Source of the DNA: Balanoglossus misakiensis
Lineage: Eukaryota; Animalia; Hemichordata
Assembly (NCBI GenBank): GCA_040954595.2
Contig: CM082578.2
Location: 14,476,304 to 14,540,303 of the forward strand
Reading direction: 5' to 3'
Length of the DNA: 64,000 bases
The translations under genes were made by a program, and so were the position numbers. Within the stretch, counting starts at the first letter, position 1. Each line of letters starts with the position of its first letter. Below, piece by piece: positions 12,806 through 25,600 of the stretch. A model generated the notes under the pieces. That model was given only the letters and a program-made list of their open reading frames with translations, had not been told where the DNA came from and ran no database searches.

Positions 12806-15800
12806 TTATTTCTCGCTTCCTGTTCTGTCGCTTTTGGTTGACAATTTCGTAGACTCTCCTGTGGGCTTACAACACAATGCTGCATAGAGATGAATGGTTC
12901 TGACACGAAACAGAAACGCAATTAGTATGAAGACGCCCTGAAGTGAGTTGGACAAAATGAACATGTAGTCAACAACATCCGAATGGACAAACCCCAAAGC
13001 GAATCCAGTACCCCATGTGATACCCATGGCCGTTGATGTCTTAATGGCGAAGATGACATGACGAGTGGTGTAGTTTTGGTGACGGATCTTACTCATTTTA
13101 TTTTCCTTCTTAATGAGGACGAATGCAGACCGCACGAATACATGAATGTTGAACAGTAAAATACAGCCAACTGGCACAAGAAAGGTGGCAATCAGGGGAA
13201 TTTGACGCCCAATCCAGCACATGGCACCTTCGCCATAGCCAATATGGAATCGTAGCGGGGCCAGCTGATCCACCATCACACAACCCGCCACAATGCTGAA
13301 TGGAACCAGCCAGCCATAGATGCAGTAGCGAGAGAAAAGTTCTCCATCGTTAATTCTCGATGTGTACTTTTTACGGAGCATTTGAATGATATCGAATGCC
13401 ATGACACTCATCCAAAAGAATGCCGCCAACCAAAGAAAATGGGAGAGGGCAGCCGTAATCAGACAAATTACACGCCATTGTATCTGAGCCATCAGTGTTA
13501 TGAATAACAACTGAGCGAAAAGCAGCGCCACGGAAACATTCAACAAGATTTTCCCTGGTATTGATCTCATTTCTTGGAATATACAGATGGTTACTGTAGT
13601 AACAGCCAGGCAAAGAATTGAGAGAATACAACCACCCAAAGTTAGCATATTTTTCAAACCCAGTTTGGAACTGACATCGTAGACATTTGACCAACTCTGA
13701 CCAAGGCAAGCAACAGCAGAACTATCAAGTTCAGACAAGGCATATTTTTCTGGAGGAATTTTGTAGTTCTCAACCAGTGTACGATGATAAAGAAACCCGT
13801 CTCTAATTTCAAATAACTGCGGATTAAGTTTAACGAGGACACCATCCAGGCAGTTTAACAAACCTTTAATACCACCATCATTACCACTGATGCAAACCTT
13901 ACGATAGTTAGCATCGACCAACTGCGACTGGTTGTAGTAGCAGAGTTTCAACGGAAGATAGCACAAATTATCGACATCATCTGAGAAGCTATTTTGCATT
14001 ACTGAGCAACTGTTTTCAGTTGCAACAGTATCTTCGCTGTCATTTACCATGACTTTCAATATTTCTCCACCAACACAGAAATTTTCAACATATCTTCCAG
14101 TTTCTACCTTGTAAGAGATTAAATGGTCGAAATGAGCAGTGACTTGACTTAAATTACTGCATATTGATGATGAAAAAATATCCACATTTTCTTCACTTCT
14201 TATTATGGATAACATGCTTGCGTATTTGGTGTTGGGTGTTAACATTACATTCACTGAAACTGAGGCATTATTCTCTGTCTTGTTTTTGAACGTAAAGTCG
14301 TGCACATACTGTAAAATCTGTTCCAATATAGAAACACAAAATTTTGCCTCATCGTGTGGGGTAACGTTGACTGATAACATCCACTGCGAAAGCGACTTTG
14401 GCGTCACATTTTCCATCTCATTATGTTGTGATCGGTTTAATGTCTCGTTTTGACACCAACCAGCACATTTTGGTTCACCAATCATTGGGTTTGGAATACA
14501 ATGATCATTAAGAATGTCATATATTTCACTTTCACTGCAGATCTGCTGCTCCTCGTGTAAGAGGTAAGTGCCAAATTGGGTTAATCGGCTAATTTTCTGC
14601 TTACCACTTTCTGTGAAATCGAACAAAATTGTAAGTGAAGGCAATGTTATCCACTGACGAAAAGTATCAAGTCCACACCTTAAATCAGAGGTGGTGTAGT
14701 TATTACACAAACCACAGTAAATATTTCTGAAGTTTCTTGTGCCACCAGGGTGTCTAGTGTGAACTATAGCCATGTGCCCTGCACTGCACATTTCTGCCAG
14801 ATCTTTGTTCGCAGACTCTGGGCAGGAATCGATCATGAGGTCACACTTCGAGGTAATATCTTGTACTGTTCCCGGAATGCGAGGAATGATCTCACACTCT
14901 TTGTTTGACAGAAAGAACTGCGCAACATGTGACAACCCTGCTGTGAAATTCAATTCCATAAACTGGTCGTACATAAGAGAACCACATCCAAACACGACTG
15001 AAGCTGAAGTGACATTTGTTAGGAGCACGCCGTGACATTTGGCACAGTATATGTTCTCATAGACCGTTCCATCAGAATCAATAACTGGTGTTATATAGAG
15101 CACTGAATCTCTGTGTCCTGGAATAGGAAAAGGAAAATTGAAAATGTGTCAGACATTTGTGTTTGAAATGTGAAATGTCCGATACATGTATTTACAATAT
15201 TAAAATATTACAGGTATCATGCAGTTGTTAAGGTGTATTAAGTTAAGTTACATGTACTGTTGGTGTGCACTGTTCAAGTTAGGACTAAGTTCCACAGAAA
15301 TTCACTGCTGAGCAAGTTGAAATAATAGTGAAATCAAAATCTAAGTCTGCATTGCAGACTTTGTCAGAGATGAGGGTGATACGATTTTCCCTGTTTAATA
15401 AGATAGGATAACCAGACTAACCTGTTTCACATTTCTGCCTTGTGTCTCCATCCATCCAATCTAATGGGCAAAGATGAACTATCCACATAGGGTTGGGGAG
15501 TGCACGCTGGCATTGGCTGACTACTAACTGGTGTTGGTTCGAATCGTTTTTTGCTCCTCCTTGGCACTCAGCAAAGTAGTCGTGGCAACAGTCTCCGCGC
15601 TGCATACATTTCTCCTGACACGAGCACATTTTGAATTTGTGATCAAACACGCCTCGCGCCTGCGGTGTGATGGTGCAGTCTGGATCACCGTTTATTACAC
15701 ACGTATCAAGACGATCGTAAAGATTGCCAAACTTACAGAGCAAGGATTCTGTGTCCAAGTATTTCATCGGTGGTGCTCTTGTAGTAGTAGTCTCATGGGT

Positions 15801-16115
15801 CGTGGCAGAAGTAGAACTTTCTTGACTGTTATTCACAGATCCATCTTCTGTATAACCGAGTGGTACTCGCACAGGACTTTCAGTGACATCGATGGAAGTA
15901 GAACTTTCTTGGCTGCTAGTAACGTCGGTCATGTCGGTGATTGTTGGAGTAAGCTGTGTTGTTGAAGTGCCACTTGTTTCAGCAACATATTTGGTTCTTT
16001 GTATTGTAGAGGGAGATGGTGTAACTTCCGGGGGCTTTCCAATAGGTGGAAATGATGCACAGGGCACCCCAAGACAAAGCAGAAGCAGTCCAACGAACCA
16101 ACCATTCAAAGTCAT
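12806..16115 (-). CDS. Secretin-family (class B / Methuselah-like or adhesion-like) GPCR with mucin stalk and somatomedin-B domain, about 1001 aa
   Basis: Coding exons 16115-15422 and 15117-12806 (G|GTTAGT donor, ttttcctattccag acceptor, in-frame ETG-HRDSVLY; 3006 nt). Signal peptide MTLNGWFVGLLLLCLGVPCAS, S/T-rich stalk, SMB-like CSCQEKCMQRGDCCHDYFAEC, two Cys-rich NIYC(A/G)xC modules, and 7tm_2 motifs (GCILSILCL, PGKILLN, HFLWLAAFFWMSVMAFD, YGWLVP, CWI, MGITW, NSLQGVFI). An acceptor (tttttctcatccgtgtcacag) ends 1 nt before the ATG, implying an upstream non-coding exon. Confidence 0.9.
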
Positions 16116-18802
16116 TCTGTGACACGGATGAGAAAAAAAGGATATACTTAAAAGACTCTAGTAAGAAAGCCAAAGAAGAAGCAAATATTTTACCAAAAGC
16201 ACGTTTATTTGAACACTGTAAAGAAATCACTGTTAATTGCAAAGCCAAGTCTGGAAAATATACTACACTTGATTTAAGCTATCCAGGTACAAATCAACAT
16301 GGGGCCTTACATGGCTGTGGTGGATTTTGTGAAGGCGATTAAGTCCGTCCGAGGTGACACGCACAGCGTCATGCATGCATCTGTGGAAGTCCAGGTTGTA
16401 CAGTTAATCATAGCTGTCGTGGTTGCTGCCGCATTTTACGAGACGTTACTTTCTCTCTCTTTTAAGCGATGTCGCCACAAGTTTAATGGATGGGGAGTCA
16501 ACATCAGAACGTTTGCAAGCGCGAATTAGGTGGCAGAACTGGCTGTCCCTTGTCAAGGATATAGCCATGTAAAAGTCATCAACTTAAGAAGCTATGATCT
16601 AGCAAAATACCAGAAACATAAAACAAATATAAACTATTTTGTACTTACATTGCATGAGGTGTATTACAGAAACAGTGCTTGTGTGTAGCAAAACTAAATC
16701 GGGAGTCTTTCAATTCCGTGACAGAATGTTGTAAGAATGAAAGTTGTACTGGTCCGCTTTCACTTATAAAGTATGAGCACGTACGTGAAGTGTGCTTAAT
16801 TACTTCACCAAGTTCTACCTTGTTAAGCAATCTGATCCTATCATGTATCCTATCATGTCCCTAGGATGGTAATTGGTATGAAATTTGAGGCTTGTGAAAT
16901 TTTAGTCTATTCGTTAGTGATTTTTTGGTCGTTATTTTCACTTGTTAATCGTAGGAGTTTTTTCGTCCCCACAGATGTAGTCCAGGGGACTGATGGATTG
17001 GGCAATTCGTCTGCACATCCAGGGTCATTACTTAGACTTGCTGCAACCAATTTCATTCAAATTGGTACATGAACAATATACTATATAGTAATGTGTACAA
17101 ATGCATGTCAACTTATTTTGCGATTCAATGGCTGCCAGGAGCTGCTGGGCGACCCTTTTGGTGTGATATTTTTATGTCCACAGTCATTATTCGGCAGGCG
17201 GCCATTTTGTTGTGATTTTCATTTGTACTTAGTACAAAGACTATGGATATGAGAATGATATTGTAATGCATGTTGATTTATGTTGCACTGTGATGCAATA
17301 TGGCTATCGTTTTGTAAATAACACTGTGTCAGAAAGGTATTTTGCAGACCTGCCTTGACAGTTTTCATTCCGGCATGATTTGCTTTCCTTGTTGTGTTTT
17401 CCAAAGCTATTAAACAAGCGGGTACTATGCCATTCACAATGACTTATTCTCCTAGGTTCTAAAATCATCAGTTCATTAATTTTGTCCCTTCGTTCATTCA
17501 AGATCAATTTTTAACAGGATCAATCACGTTAATGGTTTCATGCATGTTACCCACGATGTATTGCAGTACTTGATTGGGTGCCTTTAATAAAGTTATTTGT
17601 TCATGATTGGTTTTATTTCACTCAGAGGCATCATTTTTCATCCATGATTTTTCGTATGAAATGCTGACTGCATGGAGTATGAGGAGTTTACCAGATACAA
17701 TTTAACTTTTAAGAAGAAAATTTAGACTGCTTGCTATTTGCCATTTAGAAAATGACGTCTTTACAGTGATTAGTACCCTAGGGCCAATAGTAATGGTTAG
17801 TTGTTAAAAAGAAATAGTGGTTGCAAATTGTGGATAATGAGGTGTTTCATAGGAAATGCCTCAGCAGATGCAATTGATATCTATTTCGCCAGAACATATT
17901 GCGATAATTGCTCATTTTTAATAAACCATCTTTCCTGGTTTATAGACATAAGTTTCATCGATCGTATTTAAAATTGACATGGTTTATACGCAAAATCATA
18001 TCAGGACTTTCATAAAATGTGTTGTAGTATGTCGCAATAAACTTTCTAAATTATATGGTCGGTTTTGGAAATCAAAATTTTGCCCTCTACTTTTATCCAT
18101 CCACCCAAATATGGGACATAAAAATGTAATATGAGCTCTGAGTTGGGACAAGTGGGCTTTTTAATGACACCATCTACTTCACTGCCATTCAGGGTGGACA
18201 TCTGATGAAGATGCGTAGGAGACTGACATAGGCTAACTATTAAGGTGATCTTGACAACATTATCTCATTTCGTTAAATGGGCATAAGTTGGCATCAGGAA
18301 ATTCAGTCAGGTGATAAGATTATGGTTTCAGGTGCCGGTTCTTACAGATCTTTTTTACACTTTAGGCGTCACATGGAAATCTCACAAACGAGTTCTGATT
18401 AATGTGAACTTGGATTCTCTGTCGTCATTTCAAACTAACTTTGGCTTGTTTACTAGCGTTGTGTTAACTCCTGTTGCTAAGCGCTTCAGGCAGTCACAAA
18501 CACAAAAAAATATGCAGAATACCAAAGATATTACTGTAAAACGGGAAATTTTCACGAACCCAAACTTTGCGAACTTCGTGAGAGCCCAAAAAAATATGTG
18601 GCACATTCCAATCAAATCTCACCTGATTTTTACACATCATTGTGTTGTTATTATTGTTTTAATATGAAATTGCAACTATTTTGCTAGGTACAACAAATAT
18701 AAGAATAAAATTATGCAAATAGCCTGTATAAGCTTTACACTACAAGTCTGATATATGAACGATGAGCTGAAAAATTTAACACATATTCGTTTTGCTCTAA
18801 AG

Positions 18803-20353
18803 TTACATTTTCTTTGGACGAAATATTGCAAAAACGGCGTGTCTGAAAGTTGTATCCTGAAACACGTACAAAAAAGGGTTAACCAAAGAATTGGCATATT
18901 GTAGCCATACAGCAATCGTATATACAGTGAATGGTATACATTCATCGCTACAGGCAGCTTCCACAATAGAAATAACTACCCAGGGTGTGTAGCACACAAG
19001 AAATGAAACAACCAACATGCTGGTAAGAATGGCGACTTTACTGTCACCTCTGCGAGATTGGCGGTTGTGTCTCGTGGTTGGACGTTGACGAGATGTAGCG
19101 CTTGAAATCTCAATGTTGGTGTCAGTCGGCACTGAAGAAGTCCCAACTGTTCCTGCATGGACTTTAACTGATCCCATTGGTACCTCTTGGTGGGTTATGT
19201 CTTCCAAATCTACAGCAGTGTTAACATGCCCGGTATCGGACATAATTTCTGTAATGTTGGTTTCCATTTCTTGGTCAGGTCGGTCATGGACATCAGACGT
19301 ATTAGTGAAATGGCCACCAGTATCTGCATGTTCCATATTATTCCCCTCAAAAAACTTGTCAGGATTCTGTCGGGTATTCTGTTCCGACTTGACGTTATCG
19401 ACAACCTCTGAAATGGTTGTACCGGTACATGTTGTAGCACTATTTGAATATGATGATCTTTTTAAATTTTTTTTCTCGCTGATCATTCTTTGACGGATCA
19501 ATATAAAAATCCGAAGATACACGCTAATAATAAAAAACCATGGGAGTATCGGTGATAGGAACATGGTGATAGTCGTGTAGAAAGCATGTTCTTCGTACTC
19601 TACTGCACAGTATTCATCATAATCTATGGTGCTGTTTCCTGTGATGACCTGCCAAAGAGTCAAGGCTGGTACCTCGATAAGAATTCCCAAAATCCACGCA
19701 CCGACTATCAGTTTGATGACAAAATGATTTGTCCGTATTCGTCGGTACCACAGTCCGTAAAATATAGCCAGGTAACGATCAAGGCAAATTGCGGCCACGT
19801 TGTAAACAGAGGCCGTGAACAGACTATAGTCAAAGACAAGCCACAAAATGCAAAGTGTCTTGCCAAGCTGCCAATATTCGTCTGTGTACCAGTCGTACAC
19901 AGAAAATGGCAGTGAACTTATTCCCAAAAGGAAATCGGAAAGTGCCAAACTGACGTAAAAATAGTTTGTGGGCTTTCGGAGAGTCTTTGTTCTGCAGAAA
20001 GCAATCAGAATCATCAGGTTGGACAGTGCAGTCAACAGAGATATCATGGAAAATAAAATAGTGGTTGTGATAGTTGTCACCTCATCTCTGTCTTGGTCGC
20101 CATAATGCTCATTCTCGGTGAGGTCTGAGAAGTTCTGTTCGCTCCCGTTATATATGCCGTGAATAAGTCTGGCTGCTTCTGAGCTGTTCTCCCAGGAAGT
20201 TCGGGCACCATCGATTTCTACAGTCGCATAACTGTTATTATGGACGTCCTTGAAAGTAGGATAGCTGGTAGAGGATTGGTTACAACAGACAGATGCAGGT
20301 GTTGTATGTGTGGTCCATTCAACACTCGTTGTCAAGTTGGAAAAAGTTGCCAT
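18803..20353 (-). CDS. Class A aminergic GPCR, histamine H3/H4- or muscarinic-like, intronless CDS, about 516 aa
   Basis: The ORF track starts at TTG 20404; the first in-frame ATG is 20353 (MATFSNL). N-glycosylated N-terminus, TNYFYVSLALSD (TM2), WQLGKTLC, LWLVFDY with Asp3.32, DRY, long ICL3, FLVCYTP (TM6), WLQYANSLVNPFLY (NPxxY), helix 8 FRHAV. Confidence 0.9.
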   Translation of the reverse strand: MATFSNLTTSVEWTTHTTPASVCCNQSSTSYPTFKDVHNNSYATVEIDGARTSWENSSEAARLIHGIYNGSEQNFSDLTENEHYGDQDRDEVTTITTTILFSMISLLTALSNLMILIAFCRTKTLRKPTNYFYVSLALSDFLLGISSLPFSVYDWYTDEYWQLGKTLCILWLVFDYSLFTASVYNVAAICLDRYLAIFYGLWYRRIRTNHFVIKLIVGAWILGILIEVPALTLWQVITGNSTIDYDEYCAVEYEEHAFYTTITMFLSPILPWFFIISVYLRIFILIRQRMISEKKNLKRSSYSNSATTCTGTTISEVVDNVKSEQNTRQNPDKFFEGNNMEHADTGGHFTNTSDVHDRPDQEMETNITEIMSDTGHVNTAVDLEDITHQEVPMGSVKVHAGTVGTSSVPTDTNIEISSATSRQRPTTRHNRQSRRGDSKVAILTSMLVVSFLVCYTPWVVISIVEAACSDECIPFTVYTIAVWLQYANSLVNPFLYVFQDTTFRHAVFAIFRPKKM

Positions 20354-20464
20354 ATTCGTGTTGTCGTACGCAATCAGTCGCACGATGTGAGGAGAGTTGT
20401 CCAAGAGTGAATTTTATATGACAGGAGTCAGATCTATTAACCTCGCGAGGGATTAGAACTGAAA

Positions 20465-20745
20465 GGAAAGTGATTAATGTGCGGGTTGCGGGTTGCGGGC
20501 TGCGGGCTGCGGGTTGACAATGAATAAAAATAAAATCAGAATAAAAATCGCAGCGATGATCAAATGCATCTCTGTGTCACGTTGTGGTTGTGAAATGATC
20601 TGATATAAGGCTGATATGTTCGGATCGACATGGTTCCCATGCAGGGGCTGATTACTCCCACGGACAGCTAGCTGCGAGCAAACCCCATATTTTACGACCC
20701 GCAATCGGCGACCCGCAACCCGCAGCCCGCAATTTAACGCTTCCC
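20465..20745. mobile_element. MITE (about 281 bp) with TIRs built from 7-bp (tgcgggy) repeats and an 8-9 bp TSD
   Basis: Left end ggaaagtgattaatgtgcgggttgcgggttgcgggctgcggg. The right end reverse-complements to gggaagcgttaaattgcgggctgcgggttgcggg. Identical flanks aactgaaa(g) at 20457-20464/5 and 20746-20753/4. Confidence 0.8.
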
Positions 20746-22697
20746 AACTGAAAGATGTTTCAATTTAAGTTGATGTCTTTTCTATTCTGTGCAGGTTATT
20801 GTCCATTACACGGTCCCCATGGTAACCTTCCTATAAAGTGATTTTGAACGATGTTGGTTCATTGATGTGTTAATTACCACTCAGTCACATACTAAATTTA
20901 ATTAATACTCGTATGTATGCCATAGTGAGGTCATATATCATCTTTTAAAGAAATTTGTTCAGGGAACCATCATTATTTGTTGAAATAACAAAATTACACC
21001 CCCATTTTGATTAGATTCTTTGATAAAAGTTAATTGAACTGTGGACCTATAAAAGCACTAGTGAATACAAGATTAAAAGTAATATTTGGTGAGTCGTAAT
21101 GGGTGCATTGATATTGGCTTTTAAATGACGTTAATAGCCCAGGAGAGCTGTAAATCGTGTCTTTGGGTCATGAATGAAAATGTGATCCATTAGTTTAGTG
21201 TCTACAAATCCGGTTACGTTTCGTTTTGTCTGTGCACTTCATGAATAAATTCAGCAACAGGAAGAATAATCCAACTGTTGTACCACACATTTTCTTTCAA
21301 ATACAGGCTACAGGAGTCAGTTCTTATATATATCCAACGTTTTGCGAGAAAGACTTACTAATTTCTCTTTTGAAATGCTTTGCCCTCATTTCTGAAATCA
21401 TGAAAAAGAGACTATGGTAAAACTTGGTGCATCCCATTGAATTATAGTATCACATGTATAACTTCAGAAATTAAAAATACATGTATGACGTCAAAATAGT
21501 GTGGATTTGGTATTAATGAAGCAGGTTTTAAATTATTCACTCCTTTGTTCAGAGACAGACTCTAAGGCATTCTTCATTATCAGGATGTGCCCATCTTTTC
21601 TTTTGTATAGGGATTTTGGGGAAAACCTTATTAATCTGAAACTTTTCTGGCAAATTTACAGTCATGAGCAACTTTCCCATCGTTAGTCAAATCCCATGGC
21701 CACAATACGGGTATTGTGTTTCATATCATCCTTGTCTTTCTAATATCGTCCTAGTCCTTTCAACTGAATATTCTTTGAAACAGCTTTATTGAACTAACGT
21801 GTATGTGGGCATATAAGATTGACATCCAGATTTTCACCCTTCCCTTCATAATTTTCTAACCAGCTTAGTAAACAGAGACATCTTCTGTCGCTACACTTAC
21901 ATTTTTTCTATACAAATCAATTTTGATTCTGGCAAATTAGATTGCGTCATTGTATGCTGTGACATTGTCAGTACAGATCTTGGAGTTACAGGTCCCTGCC
22001 CGGATGAGCAAAGCGCCCTCAATAGGCAAGAAACGAGTACATTTGGGATTATTTTGTGTTCAAAAAGTAACCAGTAGTCTTGTTTTGTGTGTGTGCCAGA
22101 ACATTTCTTGTTTCCTTGCTTGCTTCAAAGGGTTGTATAGTCAGATTACTGGCACACATCACATTTTAGTGGTGTTCATATCTGGTCAAATTCAGTCCAG
22201 AACGAGGTTGAGACAAAGGATGCACACAATACAAACTTCAGTTTTTCACCTGGCAGAGATGGGAACATTTTATTCATGCATTTGCTTTAAAAGTAGTACA
22301 TTGTACATGTATCCATTCCAGAAATAAGGTTGCACTTTATCATACTCCGTTTCACACACAAGGATTGTAAACATGGTACAAACCATAAATTCAGTAATAT
22401 TGCTCAGCCAGTTGTGAAAAAAAAGCTCAAACCAATTATCACTTTCTTGATTTTGTTCCATCGTTCATTAACTCATGCAGCATACATTCATTGGTAATCT
22501 GACTTTGCGCAGGTCATGAAATTTTAAAATACAGGTTCACTTTGACTTGTAACTACTATCGCCCAAAATGTTGCACTTTAAACCCATAAACATTATGTAG
22601 ACACTGTGAAAGTCACACGAACGTTTGTAAATAAAATTTAAAAGACATATTTTTGATATGAAATGTCCCCAAAAAAGTCATGTCATCCTGTTGTTTC

Positions 22698-25600
22698 CTA
22701 GTCGCCAACGTCGCTGTCCCTGTCTCCGATCAACCAGAGTACGTGGAAAGAAAGAGCTAAGAGTCCTGTGCCTAACAGATCACCCAGGGCAGTCAGGTAT
22801 GGGATGGCATGGTTGTCTGGGTCCATGCTTTCTCGCCACATAAGATGGATCATCCAGTCTGCTATGATTAGCAACAAGGCAACCTGAAATAGTGAAAAGG
22901 TAAACAGCATATCAGCAAGTGTTCCAAAAGGGCAGACTAACCCATAAACCTCTGTACAACTAAAACATGAGCCTGGCAGATAATTTCTCACTGTTGTCAC
23001 GGTAACAGGATGTGACATACCTGTATAAGGGCTCCAAGAAGATAACCAAGAGTGAAGATGATGGTGATGGTGGTGTGGCCGGCTTGTAGATACGATATTG
23101 TGTACAAAAATATAAGATGGCCTGGTATCACCATGGAAATTAAAACACGAGCTGTTTTTGAGTGTGTACCTGTAAAAATAAATGGAACAAGATATATATT
23201 ACCAGTTCAGTCTGTAAATGTGCACAAACATTTTCTCTCAATTCCCTTCTTCCTAAAAGTCAGATTGAGACACAGTATATACCAGTATCATCAAAGGCAC
23301 AGACATAAATACAAAAGGAAATTTCTTGCACTGAGGGAAGTAACTTCAAAACAAAGTCCACACTTACCACCACCGAAAAAAGTTTTACAGGGACTTCTGC
23401 AACCCGTGGGGGAATTTTCTGGCATAGGGCCTCCCACTTTACCATGCCTGTGTAGATGTGTTGATATTCTGCTCGCCTGTACAGCCACTAGATTGCCACC
23501 CACGCCATTGATGATGGGAGTGAAGACGGCAATGCCATGGTAATTGGCCACAGCAAAGTCGAGAATCAGACCACCAACGCTGAAATTCACAACCAAGACA
23601 TTCCATTAATCCATAATTTTTCGCTGTCAAAAAAATGTGTACGATTTTTATCATTTTCACAAATTTTCCTTATTTTCCCCTTGATTCTTGACCAAATCGA
23701 CATGATTTTTTTCGGATTTTGCAGGTCCTGATGTATGGCAAAATTATGAGGTTAATTTTGTGAAAAATGATGACAAGTTGACCATGGCATTGAATGGCTG
23801 AGAGTGTCTGTGAATACAAGGGAAAGTACTATGTTTGATTTGGTGTCTGTTACAAGACTTACCTGCTGATGACCATGGCACAGATGACTGGATTCCATCC
23901 TGAGTACAACACATCGTGGGTGAATTTATTTTTGTGAGATAAGAAGGCGCACAGTGGGGCAACTATTAAAACAAAGACACAAATAATCACTGGGGCAAGC
24001 CACATCTGATGTCTTGTCTCTGAAAATGGAAAGAAAATAACATGTGTTTAATACTTTCCGCCCTACTTCCTGGAGCTTGCTTAGTGGGCTTAGGGTCTTT
24101 GGTCGATTGATGAACTCATAACGTCATACACACAGCACTGATCTCATCTCATCTGCAGATCTTCAAGTATTCAGTAATGACACACAGTGACAATAATGAT
24201 GAAGAGTTACAACTGGGAAGCCATGACTTGCACAGTGAGAGGATTCTTACCCATTGCTTTGTAGAGAATATTACTGATCCAGGCAAGTAATGACAGTGTT
24301 ATGAGGTCTCCCATACTAGCAGCTATTGGTGTGGCAACGTTGTCTGGATTGATACGGAACCTCCTGGAGAATAACACTACGCCCACCATGACTGATCCTG
24401 AAGATTGCAGAGCACATCAACAGTATTGTTAGTTTTCATGCATACAGTTTGAGTGACAGAAATGTGTCCTGGTTAGCTACAACGGGCATAATTGACAGGA
24501 GTCTGATATCTAACATCGTCTCATTAATATTAAGTGTTATGAGACATGCTTTCTGATTGGCTCTGGAGCATTTATTCTTCGCTGAAACAACTCCCAGGAT
24601 GCTTCCACAGAAGCGTGCCGAATCAACCATGGCCTTTTTTTTGAGAAACAAAGTTTAATTCACTTCAAGTGACTTTACATGCTACTTACCTAAGATAAAA
24701 CTTGCAAATGAAGCCGTCACTAAACTACTCGCACACAGTAATACAGTGTGATGGATGTTGAATTCGCCATCTGGTATCCAACCCATAACAACTGCTGCTA
24801 CAGATGCCAGGAATCCCACCACAATGGCCTGACACTGCAGAGAAAATCAAGTGATTTATGTTAAGTCTAATTTGACATGACAGAACAGATGATATGTCAT
24901 TCTGTGTTTCGATTGTTGCCTGAATCCACACATCACTGGAACAAACACCTGTCCTTTGCAAATTGCAGTTAGATTTGTGTGGTATTTATGGGGGGTTAAA
25001 ACTGGCAAGCTGAGGCCAAAGACATCATATTCTGCATGCGAGCTATAGCAAGACATTCCAAATAGGTTCAAATGGAAAAGGAGCATTTTATCTACGTGGC
25101 AGGATAGTGTGCCACGCTCGTAGCAGTAAAAGGGTAAACGTCACATTTTCAACATTTATTAATTTTGCTCATACTTGGTATTACATTGTTAAAGTAGTAA
25201 AACAATATGTTGTGCATCATAAGCTGTTCACTGCAACATATTGTTCCAAAGAAAATTGCTTTGTGGATGACAGGAAAATATGGTGATTGAGAAAAACAGA
25301 ACGAGAGAAATGCTTCTGTTCCAAAGAATTCTAATTGACAATTTCAGTGGCTCTCTTGATTTTAGAAATACAATTAGTGAATCATGTTTATATGGTGGTT
25401 TTATTCTAATCATTTTATGTAGCCTTATAATAAGAGCACCTAACTTACCTGAGTTAATACAATATTTCCACCAATCATCATCCACTTTTCTTTCCTGGTG
25501 TCCATAATACCAAGATTTGCCTGGAAAATGACATGAAATACAGTGGGAAGATTGCTACATTTTTTCTGCCAAACTTTCTGCAACATGTTGAATTACTGGT

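Noticed and set aside
18533-18600. tactgtaaaacgggaaattttcacg, resembling a DNA-transposon terminus
   Set aside because: Only one end is visible with no partner TIR nearby, so it is too fragmentary to call.
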